From IMG/VR virus record IMGVR_UViG_3300020474_000010, positions 1-63,316 of that record: a stretch of DNA of 63,316 nucleotides. One strand, 5' to 3'. Shown piece after piece: positions 41,718 through 51,130 of this stretch (positions are counted from its first letter, which is position 1; every line of letters begins with the position of its first letter). The notes under the pieces are model-generated. The model was not told where the DNA came from and made no database searches. It was given only the letters and a program-made list of their open reading frames with translations. The translations under genes and the position numbers were made by a program. This DNA is from a virus (Duplodnaviria > Caudoviricetes).

Positions 41718-42331
41718 GCAAGATTTGTTCCTTGTAATGTATGTCCTTCCATACAGAAGTCTCCAGTGAGGAAAGTATTGAATGATACAGTGACTCTATC
41801 TCCATCAGAACGCATAGTAGAATGCTCTAACATTGAAGGGAATACAAGGATAGTGCCTGCTTGTGCAGTAATTTGTTGATGAGTATGCTTCCTGTAATAA
41901 TCATTATTATCTTTTGTTATCATATTAATAGGTAGCGTTGGATCATGCCATGGATCTGGTCTATGAAACATCAACTTATCATCATCGTCAAAGAATACTA
42001 CTCCACTAAACTGTGAGTTTGGATGTACATGTACCTGTGCCGCTTCCCCTTTATCATACTGGTTTGCCCATGAATCTAAGAATTTAAAACCTGCATTTTT
42101 AGAATCTTTGTCGAGATTGTGTATAAGATTTTCTATTGTACCTGTAATCGTAGCTTTTAATTCTCTCATGAAAGGGAGATCTAAGATACGAGTGTTCTTA
42201 GTTTGTCTCGGACTTGAAAGAAACTCTAGTTCTTGTATCTGTTTCTTTATCCTCCATGCCTTAGAGGGTGGAAATTTCTGTGTAATAATAAATGTAGGAC
42301 AAATATTAATTACTTGTGGGTCTATCTCCAT
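41714..42331 (-). CDS. Putative 2OG-Fe(II) oxygenase (TIGR02466-like)
   Basis: SWAN, HVHPNSQFSGVVF, GTILVFPSMLEH, RVTVSFN. Confidence 0.8.
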   Translation of the reverse strand: MEIDPQVINICPTFIITQKFPPSKAWRIKKQIQELEFLSSPRQTKNTRILDLPFMRELKATITGTIENLIHNLDKDSKNAGFKFLDSWANQYDKGEAAQVHVHPNSQFSGVVFFDDDDKLMFHRPDPWHDPTLPINMITKDNNDYYRKHTHQQITAQAGTILVFPSMLEHSTMRSDGDRVTVSFNTFLTGDFCMEGHTLQGTNLA

Positions 42332-42621
42332 TTGTAATAATATGGTTTTTGATCGTTAACGTATTCTTTCTGCTCTTGTAACTTCGCTGCTTCTATTTCA
42401 TCACTCTCATCAGGATTAGTATGGTGTGTGACTTCCTTTAATGTTTTGAGATAGTCTAATACATGTGTCCTGATCTCCATGAGTTCATCGAAACATCCTT
42501 GGTTGTGAGCACAACCACGTAAATCAGCGTCAGGTTTCATTACTGACTCTGTGAATAGAGATAATGCTCTATCATACTTAATAGCAGAGGATTCATTCCC
42601 TACTGAACCTTGATCTTTCAT
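42322..42621 (-). CDS. Conserved cyanophage hypothetical protein
   Basis: 99 aa; LFTESV.KPD.DLRGCAHNQ.CF.ELM; extended -10 TGnTATAAT at 42643-42651. Confidence 0.75.
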   Translation of the reverse strand: MKDQGSVGNESSAIKYDRALSLFTESVMKPDADLRGCAHNQGCFDELMEIRTHVLDYLKTLKEVTHHTNPDESDEIEAAKLQEQKEYVNDQKPYYYKWR

Positions 42622-42654
42622 ATTAATAAGTTACTTAATTTTATTATAGCACAA

Positions 42655-43290
42655 TTACACAGCTTTTAGTTTTAAATTATACGAAATTGAGACTCTATCT
42701 TCATCTGATTCATTTCTGGATACCGAGTGAGGGAGTGATGACGGGTGTAACCATCCTTCTCTGACTTTTGGTGGTATGATATATTCTGACGCTGTAGAGA
42801 TTATATTTTCAATTCCATTTATATATGGTGACGGAATAAACAGATCTCCTGATCCCTCAGGTGCCTGTAGATAAAATGTACCACTTAAATTAGCGTTAGG
42901 ATGTGAATGTATCCTTTGATACCCTCCTGGGGGCATGACGTTAATCCAATATTCAGTTAGATCAATAGAGATAGGTGGTAATCCACCCTGCCCAGGTCCA
43001 TCTCCAAAACGATCGCCAACATTGCCTGCAGCATACTCTTGCATACAATATTGTTGTACTGCATCAACTACAACCTCATCCATAAATTTTCTCATCTCTT
43101 CATTACATATCTCATTAAGATATGCTTCACGTATTTGATATCCTCCTACCATGGTAGCGTTCTTAATACGTTTATCCCAACTTGTATCATAAATTGCATT
43201 AAGAATTTTTAACACATCAAATGTATGTGTAGTGTAATTAATGATACGACATCTAAAATCAAGAAACTGCTGCATTAAAATGATCTCCAA
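42655..43290 (-). CDS. Putative 2OG-Fe(II) oxygenase (TIGR02466-like)
   Basis: WINVMPPGGY..HSHPN..LSGTFYL..P..SGDL, PSSLPHSV..N.S..DRVSISYN. Confidence 0.85.
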   Translation of the reverse strand: MEIILMQQFLDFRCRIINYTTHTFDVLKILNAIYDTSWDKRIKNATMVGGYQIREAYLNEICNEEMRKFMDEVVVDAVQQYCMQEYAAGNVGDRFGDGPGQGGLPPISIDLTEYWINVMPPGGYQRIHSHPNANLSGTFYLQAPEGSGDLFIPSPYINGIENIISTASEYIIPPKVREGWLHPSSLPHSVSRNESDEDRVSISYNLKLKAV

Positions 43291-43976
43291 TGTGAAGGAT
43301 GAATAAGTCCTGTCTCTAGGTTAATATATTTTTCTTTCAATGATATCTTAATATCTCCTGCAATACTTCTTAAATACTTTCCTTTCTTATGTCCCTCTGG
43401 TGGTACTGAGTGACGCATGGACCCAGGAAATAATAATAGATCTCCTGCCTCTACTGGTAGGAATGTGCTACATGCATTAATAAAGTTATCCTCAAATGTA
43501 TGTGAACGTGGATCATCTTTAGGATCAAAGACTCCACCAAAATACTCATTTGGATTCTTTGGAACAGTAAATACTAGACCAGTTTTGTATGGTGTGTTAA
43601 CATAGTATACAAAGGATAGATCAGAACATGCATGGTTATGTTCAGACATAGTGTCTGTATACTCTTTGATAGTACACCACGACTTCATGAAGTGAACATC
43701 ATGCATGTCTGGTTTGATACCAGAACTAGTTAAGCATTCACGAACATTATCTGCTATAATAGTGAAGAACGAAGAGAGATCCTCATCTTTATGCATTACA
43801 CTCTTACCTCTTGCTTCACCAGTTAGATGATATCCTTTAGCATATTTGTCTGCAAATGTGCATGGGTCAAAATGATGTTCTGTTTTCGATTCCAACAATT
43901 CTTTCCATTTTTCATGTCCATCAACCTTACACTGGTAAATAACTGTAGGGAACAGCGGATGAATTTTATTAGTCAT
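43275..43976 (-). CDS. Putative 2OG-Fe(II) oxygenase (TIGR02466-like)
   Basis: PLFPT, KSW, EHNH...LSFVYYV, GDLLLFPGSMRHSV, RSIAGD. Confidence 0.8.
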   Translation of the reverse strand: MTNKIHPLFPTVIYQCKVDGHEKWKELLESKTEHHFDPCTFADKYAKGYHLTGEARGKSVMHKDEDLSSFFTIIADNVRECLTSSGIKPDMHDVHFMKSWCTIKEYTDTMSEHNHACSDLSFVYYVNTPYKTGLVFTVPKNPNEYFGGVFDPKDDPRSHTFEDNFINACSTFLPVEAGDLLLFPGSMRHSVPPEGHKKGKYLRSIAGDIKISLKEKYINLETGLIHPSHWRSF

Positions 43977-44775
43977 GAGTATTGAATCATATAATAATTA
44001 TCTCACTGAAGAGAGTGCTTTAGATCTACGTGTAGAAGCTAATACTATTCTAGCACAAGATCCAGAAGAAAAGTTAACTTGGTGGTATGAATTAAGCAAA
44101 CCACCATCAAATATAATTGAAAACTTTATATACAGATCTGCACATCAACATGGACTAGACGGATATCTAGGTGCTGAGTGGTGGATTAGATCACATGATA
44201 CTATTGATAGTCAATGGTATTTTCATGTAGACGGTGATGTCGATAGATTTAGACAAACTGGTGAGTATATTGCTGCACCTTTTTCTACTGTAACATATCT
44301 ATGTGACGGTGGACAACCCACTGTCGTATGTGACCAACATCATGATTGGTTAAAGAAAGACGGTGTGTATGTTACTGGTAATGATGATTGGACATTTTGG
44401 TCTTATCCAAAGATGGGTAAGCATATTTCTTGGACACTACCATACTTTCATGGAGTTCCCTCTGGTATGGGACATATACAACCTGGAGACAAAAGAGTTA
44501 CACTTATGTACAATTTATGGAACACTCGTCCATTTGAACCTGCATGTGTAGAATATAATTTACCACACAAAATTAAAGAAAGTGATGTATTATTGTATCC
44601 AAAGAAGCAAACTGATTTAGAATTTCGTAAACCTCATGGACACTTTACTGCTTGGTTAGAAGGTGTAGAGACTGCTATACAATTTCATGGGTTCCATGAG
44701 CCAGGAGATTCTTTTTTAGTTACTCAACTTCGTCCTTCTAACTTGTCGGAGGATCAGTATTTTCCCATACAATAA
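43975..44775 (+). CDS. Putative 2OG-Fe(II) oxygenase-like protein (only plus-strand gene)
   Basis: 266 aa; GAEWW, FHVD, STVTYL..GQPT, FHGV, RVTLMYNLW. Confidence 0.75.
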   Translation: MSIESYNNYLTEESALDLRVEANTILAQDPEEKLTWWYELSKPPSNIIENFIYRSAHQHGLDGYLGAEWWIRSHDTIDSQWYFHVDGDVDRFRQTGEYIAAPFSTVTYLCDGGQPTVVCDQHHDWLKKDGVYVTGNDDWTFWSYPKMGKHISWTLPYFHGVPSGMGHIQPGDKRVTLMYNLWNTRPFEPACVEYNLPHKIKESDVLLYPKKQTDLEFRKPHGHFTAWLEGVETAIQFHGFHEPGDSFLVTQLRPSNLSEDQYFPIQ

Positions 44776-45103
44776 CACCATTTTTATATACACACGCATA
44801 GACATAGTGATCAGAATCAACAGATAGTGCAGGACGTGGGAAATAGTCTTCAGCAAAATCTTGTGCTGAATATTCATCAGTGTAAGTTATACCACCAAAG
44901 GATGACTTAAAAAACTCTGCGTATAATCCATCAGGCATTAAATTTTTATAGAACTCATAAACTGTGTTGAGTTTAGTAGTATTACCTGTTGCTTCTAAGT
45001 CTCTAATATTAGATGCATTATAGAACAAAATTACTTTATCGTTAGCATAAGATTGTAGTGATGATAGAGAAATTAATTCTTGTAGTCCTAGAAAATTTTC
45101 CAT
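44738..45103 (-). CDS. Conserved cyanophage hypothetical protein
   Basis: 121 aa in the tail-fibre operon. Confidence 0.75.
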   Translation of the reverse strand: MENFLGLQELISLSSLQSYANDKVILFYNASNIRDLEATGNTTKLNTVYEFYKNLMPDGLYAEFFKSSFGGITYTDEYSAQDFAEDYFPRPALSVDSDHYVYACVYKNGVIVWENTDPPTS

Positions 45104-45106
45104 GAT

Positions 45107-45796
45107 TTATAGTGGGGTTGAATACTGACGTAGTATTTTTTGTCTGAGTGCTCCAAGGTATGTAGCAGGATCCATTTGATTTCCTTGCTCATACCATTTA
45201 TCTTGATCTATACTATTTAAACATCTTGCAGATACATCCATATAATCATAGAACATTTCTCTCATCCATGCGTCTCGGATGAGTGCTTCTCCCCAAATTA
45301 CACACATTCTACGATGTCCCTTAGTAACTGGGGACACTGTATGCCATAAATTAGGGTCGAATACAATACTTTGACCTGCCTGTAGTCGGAAACCTACATC
45401 AATATTACCAACTTTGATTGTTAAATCACCACCTTCATACTCACTCTCATCATTCATAGCAGTAAGAATAACTAGATCAGTACGTAATCCATTCATGATA
45501 GCATTATCACAATGAAAATTATATACTCCATTATTATCTTTTACTGCATCATATTCATTGAACATGGGCATAGTATGATGTCTAAGATGTAGAGAAGTAC
45601 ACCATGGATCTTCTCTAAATGCTTTCATGAATAACTCAGTAGCTGTATCAACTGCATCTCCATCTAGTTCTCTATTTCTTTTAATGTCTCTGTTGTGAGT
45701 ACCAGACTCTTTACCGTCTACAAAATTACCACTATTATAAAGATCATTAATATTTTTACAGATTACTTCACTTAACCATTTATATTGTCGAATCAT
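45107..45796 (-). CDS. PKHD-type Fe(II)/2OG hydroxylase (PiuC/YbiX-like)
   Basis: FVDGKESG...KRN.EL, PMFNEY...YNFHCDNA..RTDL, EYEGGDL, WHTVSPVTKG.R. Confidence 0.85.
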   Translation of the reverse strand: MIRQYKWLSEVICKNINDLYNSGNFVDGKESGTHNRDIKRNRELDGDAVDTATELFMKAFREDPWCTSLHLRHHTMPMFNEYDAVKDNNGVYNFHCDNAIMNGLRTDLVILTAMNDESEYEGGDLTIKVGNIDVGFRLQAGQSIVFDPNLWHTVSPVTKGHRRMCVIWGEALIRDAWMREMFYDYMDVSARCLNSIDQDKWYEQGNQMDPATYLGALRQKILRQYSTPL

Positions 45797-46653
45797 TAGC
45801 CCTCTGCTGCTTTTGCTTCATCTAGTAGTGCTTGTTCTCTCTCAATTTGTTTGATTAGAACTTCAACTGGATCAGTAAGATGTGAAATATCAGATACGTT
45901 GAACAATGGTGAAGGTCTTGATAGTTGTAATGCGATATCAACATATCTTCTCATTGCTTCTTCCATTGCACCACCTGGGATATCTTTTCCTGGGAATGTT
46001 ACCCACTGATCATCACTTCCAAGATATGTTGCTCCACTATTATAGGGTAGATAATTCTTTTTGTAAACAATAGGGTCGATAGGTACTTTAATCTCAGCAA
46101 GAACTTCAGTACCAGATGAAAACAGATCTGGAAGTTCACGACATTTTTGTCTATATGTTTTCCATTGTACTTTTTCATCAGCAGTAACGGGTGCATCTTC
46201 TAACATTGTCCAATCACTAGAATGTAAGAAGAAGTCTCTCCATGATTTAATTCTTGAGAGAGATAAACCTTTAGCTTCATCAATAACTTGATTCATTTTA
46301 AGACTTTGATGCTCAAATTCAGTTGAGAGTTGTGCATCAAATGCTTCATCTATATCAGTAACAAACTTCTGTACTACATCGATCTCTACTTCAGTAAAAA
46401 TATATGGTTTCCAAAAGTATTCTCCTGTAGTATGATTACGAACATACTTTTTCTTATCACATGACCATGTTTCTACTGGAGAGTCAACATAGTTAAATGA
46501 TACTAAAAGATCTTTATCACTATCCCATAATGGGTAGATAAGAGGAGTTATGAACGTAGTCCAGTCTTTATCTGTAAAAGTTCTAGAGAAACCACCACGA
46601 GTGATAGTCTTATTCAATCCACTGATTGAAATTGTTTTATTTGTGAGAGACAT
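45796..46653 (-). CDS. Tail fibre assembly chaperone-domain protein
   Basis: RDFFLHSSDWTMLEDAP.....WKTYRQKCRELP matches the phage tail assembly chaperone motif. Confidence 0.75.
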   Translation of the reverse strand: MSLTNKTISISGLNKTITRGGFSRTFTDKDWTTFITPLIYPLWDSDKDLLVSFNYVDSPVETWSCDKKKYVRNHTTGEYFWKPYIFTEVEIDVVQKFVTDIDEAFDAQLSTEFEHQSLKMNQVIDEAKGLSLSRIKSWRDFFLHSSDWTMLEDAPVTADEKVQWKTYRQKCRELPDLFSSGTEVLAEIKVPIDPIVYKKNYLPYNSGATYLGSDDQWVTFPGKDIPGGAMEEAMRRYVDIALQLSRPSPLFNVSDISHLTDPVEVLIKQIEREQALLDEAKAAEG

Positions 46654-46656
46654 GTC

Positions 46657-47358
46657 TTAAACGGGTTGCTGATAGTACCATCCAGTTACAATATATTTAG
46701 TTCCTGAGAGTACTAAGTTTCCTTTATGTGTATGAGTATACCCTGCTGGCCATAGAACTACAGTGCCTGTGGTAGGTTTAATTCTACGCTTTTGATATAA
46801 AAATTCTGTTTCACCACCTTCAAATTCTTCGTTTAGATATATCATCCAAACAAGTTCCCTAGCAGTTTCACTCCATGAACCACGTTCATAATGATATACA
46901 TGATACCCACCACCCTCAGGAGTTTCTTGAAACTTAACTGCCCAAGAAGTTAGTGCTGTACCATTGAGTGTATTATATTGTTTACAGTAATCATTTACTA
47001 CAGATTGTAGATACTGATTAATTCTAGCAGTTAATGGTGTGTTGAGAGTCTCCAACATAATGGATAGATCTTTTCTCCCAAGTTCACCAGTAGCAAACTG
47101 ACCGTCTCCACTCATAGATTCTTCATAGTTATCAAATGCTTGACGACTACGAAGATCTTTTTCCATATGTTGCTTAACTGCCTGATCTTTCCATTGTTTA
47201 TAAAAACTTATAATATCATTACATACCGCAGAGGGCATAAAGTTTTTATAAACAGCAATAAAATCATCATATTCTGCTTTCCCACCCATCATATTAACAG
47301 GAATGATGGGACTGACCATCTCATTAAAATTCGATGATCCAGGAGTTGTAATCGCCAT
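46657..47358 (-). CDS. 2OG-Fe(II) oxygenase (prolyl 4-hydroxylase-like)
   Basis: GGGYHVYHYE, RELVWMIYLNE.FEGGETEF, WPAGYTHTHKGN, KYIVTGW. Confidence 0.85.
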   Translation of the reverse strand: MAITTPGSSNFNEMVSPIIPVNMMGGKAEYDDFIAVYKNFMPSAVCNDIISFYKQWKDQAVKQHMEKDLRSRQAFDNYEESMSGDGQFATGELGRKDLSIMLETLNTPLTARINQYLQSVVNDYCKQYNTLNGTALTSWAVKFQETPEGGGYHVYHYERGSWSETARELVWMIYLNEEFEGGETEFLYQKRRIKPTTGTVVLWPAGYTHTHKGNLVLSGTKYIVTGWYYQQPV

Positions 47359-47361
47359 AAT

Positions 47362-48435
47362 TTACCAAGCTTTAATTAAATATTTTACCCTAAAGTATTT
47401 TAGTACAAGTGGAACTGCAGTTTGTGGAATAATACCTGCAATTACACTAAGTTGCTCCCCAGGAGTCATAGTGATTGTCCCTTCATTAAGAGACATACCT
47501 GCCTGTGCAGGTGTAACTGCATTAGCACCAGTCAATGCTTGAGATTCAAACATATTAACTGTTTGTCCTCGTTGATTTACAACACCATCATTTACTTTTG
47601 TAGCACCATAGGCATTTGTATATGCATCAGGTGAATTTGTATATGGTGCAGAAGTACAGTAAGAATACTGTGAATCAGTTCCTGATTTAACAGGAGAATA
47701 TTCTGCTAAGTAATGAGTATGTTCTGCCTGTTGTCCATTTGTAGGATCAAACTGATCAATTGGTCCTGTGTTGGTGATATAGTTTGTAGACTTTTCACCA
47801 TCAGCAGGAGTACCATTTTGTCCTCCATTACGTTGATCCCTTTCAGAATTTAAAACAGTATGACCGTGTGCGGGTGGACCATTTATTATTCTTGATTGTA
47901 GAGGACCAATAGTAATTTCTGCTGTTCCTCCTAGTGTACCAGAAACAAATCCAATACAGTCACTATAACCTTGTACCCTTACTGATCCTACACCATATTC
48001 TTCGTTTTGTCTAGCTCTTGAAATATACCATTCACCACCAACATCACCTACGTTCATTGGTGCATTGTCTGGTGTGATAGATCCTACACCGTCTACACCA
48101 CCAGGACCTACAACTCTTTTCATTCTCATATCAGGTACATTAAATACAGCATTCTGTACACTACCTGCAGTGTTACCCCAATCAGATAATGTGACTGTAT
48201 TAGGAGCAGTACCACCATACTTATCCCCAATCACATCATATAACATTGGAAAATTATTAACACTATGTTGTGCTCCATCACAGTATAACCAGCCAGGATA
48301 GTTATTAGCAACATCGGCAGCACCATTTCCATTTGTATCTACAAAGACACACATGATAGTACCAATAGGTATTCCACTATCGTCATGCATATCACTATAA
48401 TGATGATTATATTTGTGTTCTAATCTTATAGCCAT
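47362..48435 (-). CDS. Tail-collar domain fibre protein
   Basis: PIGTIM...PGWLYCDG....FPMLYDVIG..YGG...FNVPD; HGH and HTH motifs; ends YLIKAW. Confidence 0.85.
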   Translation of the reverse strand: MAIRLEHKYNHHYSDMHDDSGIPIGTIMCVFVDTNGNGAADVANNYPGWLYCDGAQHSVNNFPMLYDVIGDKYGGTAPNTVTLSDWGNTAGSVQNAVFNVPDMRMKRVVGPGGVDGVGSITPDNAPMNVGDVGGEWYISRARQNEEYGVGSVRVQGYSDCIGFVSGTLGGTAEITIGPLQSRIINGPPAHGHTVLNSERDQRNGGQNGTPADGEKSTNYITNTGPIDQFDPTNGQQAEHTHYLAEYSPVKSGTDSQYSYCTSAPYTNSPDAYTNAYGATKVNDGVVNQRGQTVNMFESQALTGANAVTPAQAGMSLNEGTITMTPGEQLSVIAGIIPQTAVPLVLKYFRVKYLIKAW

Positions 48436-48436
48436 G

Positions 48437-49582
48437 TTAATACTTAATTAGGAATTCCATAACAACATAAGGAGATACAATGTCGTCAAACTTAGTATCA
48501 GTATCAGTTCTTATATTTACAGACGCTTGTAATCCGTCTGGTCTAATAGTTTCGACATCAGTTGTAGCATTAAAAGCAGTATCACCGATTTCTTTTTCAA
48601 TTCTATGAGAATGTATAGTCAAGTTAGTAGTATCAGCACCTGGGGGAGACGACACTACCTGCTCAGTATTTCTTACAAGTGGATATGCATAAGCACCAGT
48701 ATTTGATACAACATCATATGGTCTTAGATTACCAACTTGTTGATTTACAAGTGATGGCCAACTATTTGCAGTTATGGTTGAGATGGTCTTAGTTACTGGC
48801 CAGTTTGAAACAGCACCACCATATGAACCAATAAAATAAGAACCAAACCCAGCACACCCAGCATTACAATTATTTGGTCCACCGCCTCCTTGTACAGTCT
48901 GTTGATAAAATGCTGCAGCAATTTGATTACAGTCTGGAGTAGCAGTTGTTGCGTCAGCAGTTCTCAAATAATATGGTCTAGATGTATTTCCATAAGCTCC
49001 TGCTGGTTGCCCAGGATCTTCCTTAACAGTCACACGAGAAGTAGAAGTATAGTGCATATGAGGACCAATTGCTGTTGCAGCAACCTGTTCACTCTCTGTG
49101 TTTGTTGGTACGGTCCACCCTACATTACCGTTCAAAGCAAAAGTTTGGGATGGTACGGTAAACACACCATTGAATCCAACGTTTGCTGTATTACCTACAT
49201 TTGATACTATTTCTACACCAACACCCGCTTTTGTAATAGTAGTATTAGCAGTGGTTTTTTCAATGTTTCTATATGTACCAACGTTAGCATTAACAGATGC
49301 TTCAATATGTTTAGATCCCATGTCTGGAACTTGAAACTGATCTGTTAGTAAAGTTACATCACTTTTTTTGTAAATACACGCAGCACCTGTACCGAGAATA
49401 CGTGCTAACTCAGGATATAATCTCTCTGTGTATATTGAACCATCACATTTAAGATACCCTGCAGGTAAATCCACAACATTTGTAGATCCATCTGGATCAC
49501 CATCTTGAATAGGTAAAGCCCACTGAATAATAGTCCCAGGTGCAGATCCTAATTTTGATCTTTCTCGTGTTAAAAACTTCAT
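48437..49582 (-). CDS. Tail-collar domain fibre protein
   Basis: PGTIIQW...PAGYLKCDG...YPELA..G...FQVPD; HMH and HSH motifs; ends PYVVMEFLIKY. Confidence 0.85.
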   Translation of the reverse strand: MKFLTRERSKLGSAPGTIIQWALPIQDGDPDGSTNVVDLPAGYLKCDGSIYTERLYPELARILGTGAACIYKKSDVTLLTDQFQVPDMGSKHIEASVNANVGTYRNIEKTTANTTITKAGVGVEIVSNVGNTANVGFNGVFTVPSQTFALNGNVGWTVPTNTESEQVAATAIGPHMHYTSTSRVTVKEDPGQPAGAYGNTSRPYYLRTADATTATPDCNQIAAAFYQQTVQGGGGPNNCNAGCAGFGSYFIGSYGGAVSNWPVTKTISTITANSWPSLVNQQVGNLRPYDVVSNTGAYAYPLVRNTEQVVSSPPGADTTNLTIHSHRIEKEIGDTAFNATTDVETIRPDGLQASVNIRTDTDTKFDDIVSPYVVMEFLIKY

Positions 49583-51126
49583 TAGTATGCTCTAATTAGG
49601 TAAATCATGGACAATGCTGGAGTCCTAACATCTACGTTAATATTTAGTGCTGACGGGATGTTTTGTACACCAATATTGGTTGGAGCACCAGTTAAATTAC
49701 TCTGAATTTGAATGTTATCTACGGGAACAATTGTGGGTGGTGAAACATAACCAGCATTCATAACAACTTCAAATGAATAATGGTTATGAGAATTAATTGA
49801 GTTACCAACACCAGTCATATTTTCTTTATTATGATTTAGTGTAGTAGGATATGTTAATGATGTACCAGTTGCTTGGTTAATTTGATCAGCAGTCTGATTA
49901 CCATACCAGTTCTTTTTATTTGCAAAGAAACCTGACTGAGAAGATTCACGATAGTTACATTCGTTAGGATATGTACCGTTTAATGCTCTAGGAACAGGAC
50001 CAGTCCAAGTAGGCATTGGAACTTGTGTACCAACACTTGCAACATTCTGTGTTGTAGGTTGGAACGTAGTCATTGTAGTCACGCCTTCTTCATAATATGT
50101 GACTAAGAGAGTTCCAGGGTCAACAGTATCAATATCACCACCTGCACCAGCATCCAATCGTTTTTGTTTTTGATTAGATTCAACAGCACCTACAAGTCCA
50201 GGGCATTGAAATCCCTCAACATAACCTGCATCAGAGTCACCACGACTATATCCTGCTGCTGAACCATCGGGTCCTACGTGCCTATGTGAAGGCATATGAT
50301 CCTTACTTAATTTTCTAGGGATAGTATAATAACTTTTAAAATATGCAGGAGGATTAATACTAAAGTTTCTAATCTGTGCAGTCATGTTCTGAGAGTCAGT
50401 CACAACAAAATTCAAATCAGCAGTAGCATTTAATGCTGTTGGTGGAGTGACGGTAGATCCATCACCATCAATTAATTTTGTTGTTCCTGCCGCTGTTGGT
50501 GTAAGTACATCAGCAACAGATGGTAATACCCATGCAACCTGAAGAACAACATCATCATTTCCAGAGAATACAGTTGCTGGGATTGTTAATTTATCTCCTG
50601 TAGCAAATCCACTACCTTTATTAACAATATTAGATACATCAACACGTCCGTTAACATCACAGTCAACTGTTAGTTGTAATGCTGATCCAGTTACACCAGT
50701 TCCAAGAACAAGTTGAGCAGTGTTGCTCGTTACGTTAACAGTTTGTGAAGTACGAGTAGTATCGCTTTCACCTTGAATGATAACTAAACCACCAACCGCA
50801 CCACTGGGATATGTTTGTCCCATCTGTAGATTAGATACGTTGACTAAACTTGGTTCATAATCAGTTAGAACTCTACCATTTAATGAAGGTAGTCTGAACT
50901 GATCACCAAGTATATAATTACCATATGTTCTATTATTGAGTCCATTAGCAGGACCGTATGTGTTACCAATAACTGAAGCAAGAACAGGATAGTCAGTTGC
51001 CTCTATTGTTTGTCCATTGCATTCTAACCATCCATCAGGTTGAGTAGATAAATCTCCAACCCAAGGCATAATGGTGCCGACTTGAGCAGCACGCATTTTT
51101 TTCTGTGTTTCGTAATTAGAAGCCAT
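49582..51126 (-). CDS. Tail-collar domain fibre protein (short tail fibre-like)
   Basis: VGTIMPW...PDGWLECNG...YPVLASVIGNTYG...FRLPSL; HRH and HNH motifs; ends PALSMIYLIRAY. Confidence 0.85.
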   Translation of the reverse strand: MASNYETQKKMRAAQVGTIMPWVGDLSTQPDGWLECNGQTIEATDYPVLASVIGNTYGPANGLNNRTYGNYILGDQFRLPSLNGRVLTDYEPSLVNVSNLQMGQTYPSGAVGGLVIIQGESDTTRTSQTVNVTSNTAQLVLGTGVTGSALQLTVDCDVNGRVDVSNIVNKGSGFATGDKLTIPATVFSGNDDVVLQVAWVLPSVADVLTPTAAGTTKLIDGDGSTVTPPTALNATADLNFVVTDSQNMTAQIRNFSINPPAYFKSYYTIPRKLSKDHMPSHRHVGPDGSAAGYSRGDSDAGYVEGFQCPGLVGAVESNQKQKRLDAGAGGDIDTVDPGTLLVTYYEEGVTTMTTFQPTTQNVASVGTQVPMPTWTGPVPRALNGTYPNECNYRESSQSGFFANKKNWYGNQTADQINQATGTSLTYPTTLNHNKENMTGVGNSINSHNHYSFEVVMNAGYVSPPTIVPVDNIQIQSNLTGAPTNIGVQNIPSALNINVDVRTPALSMIYLIRAY

Positions 51127-51130
51127 ATAA

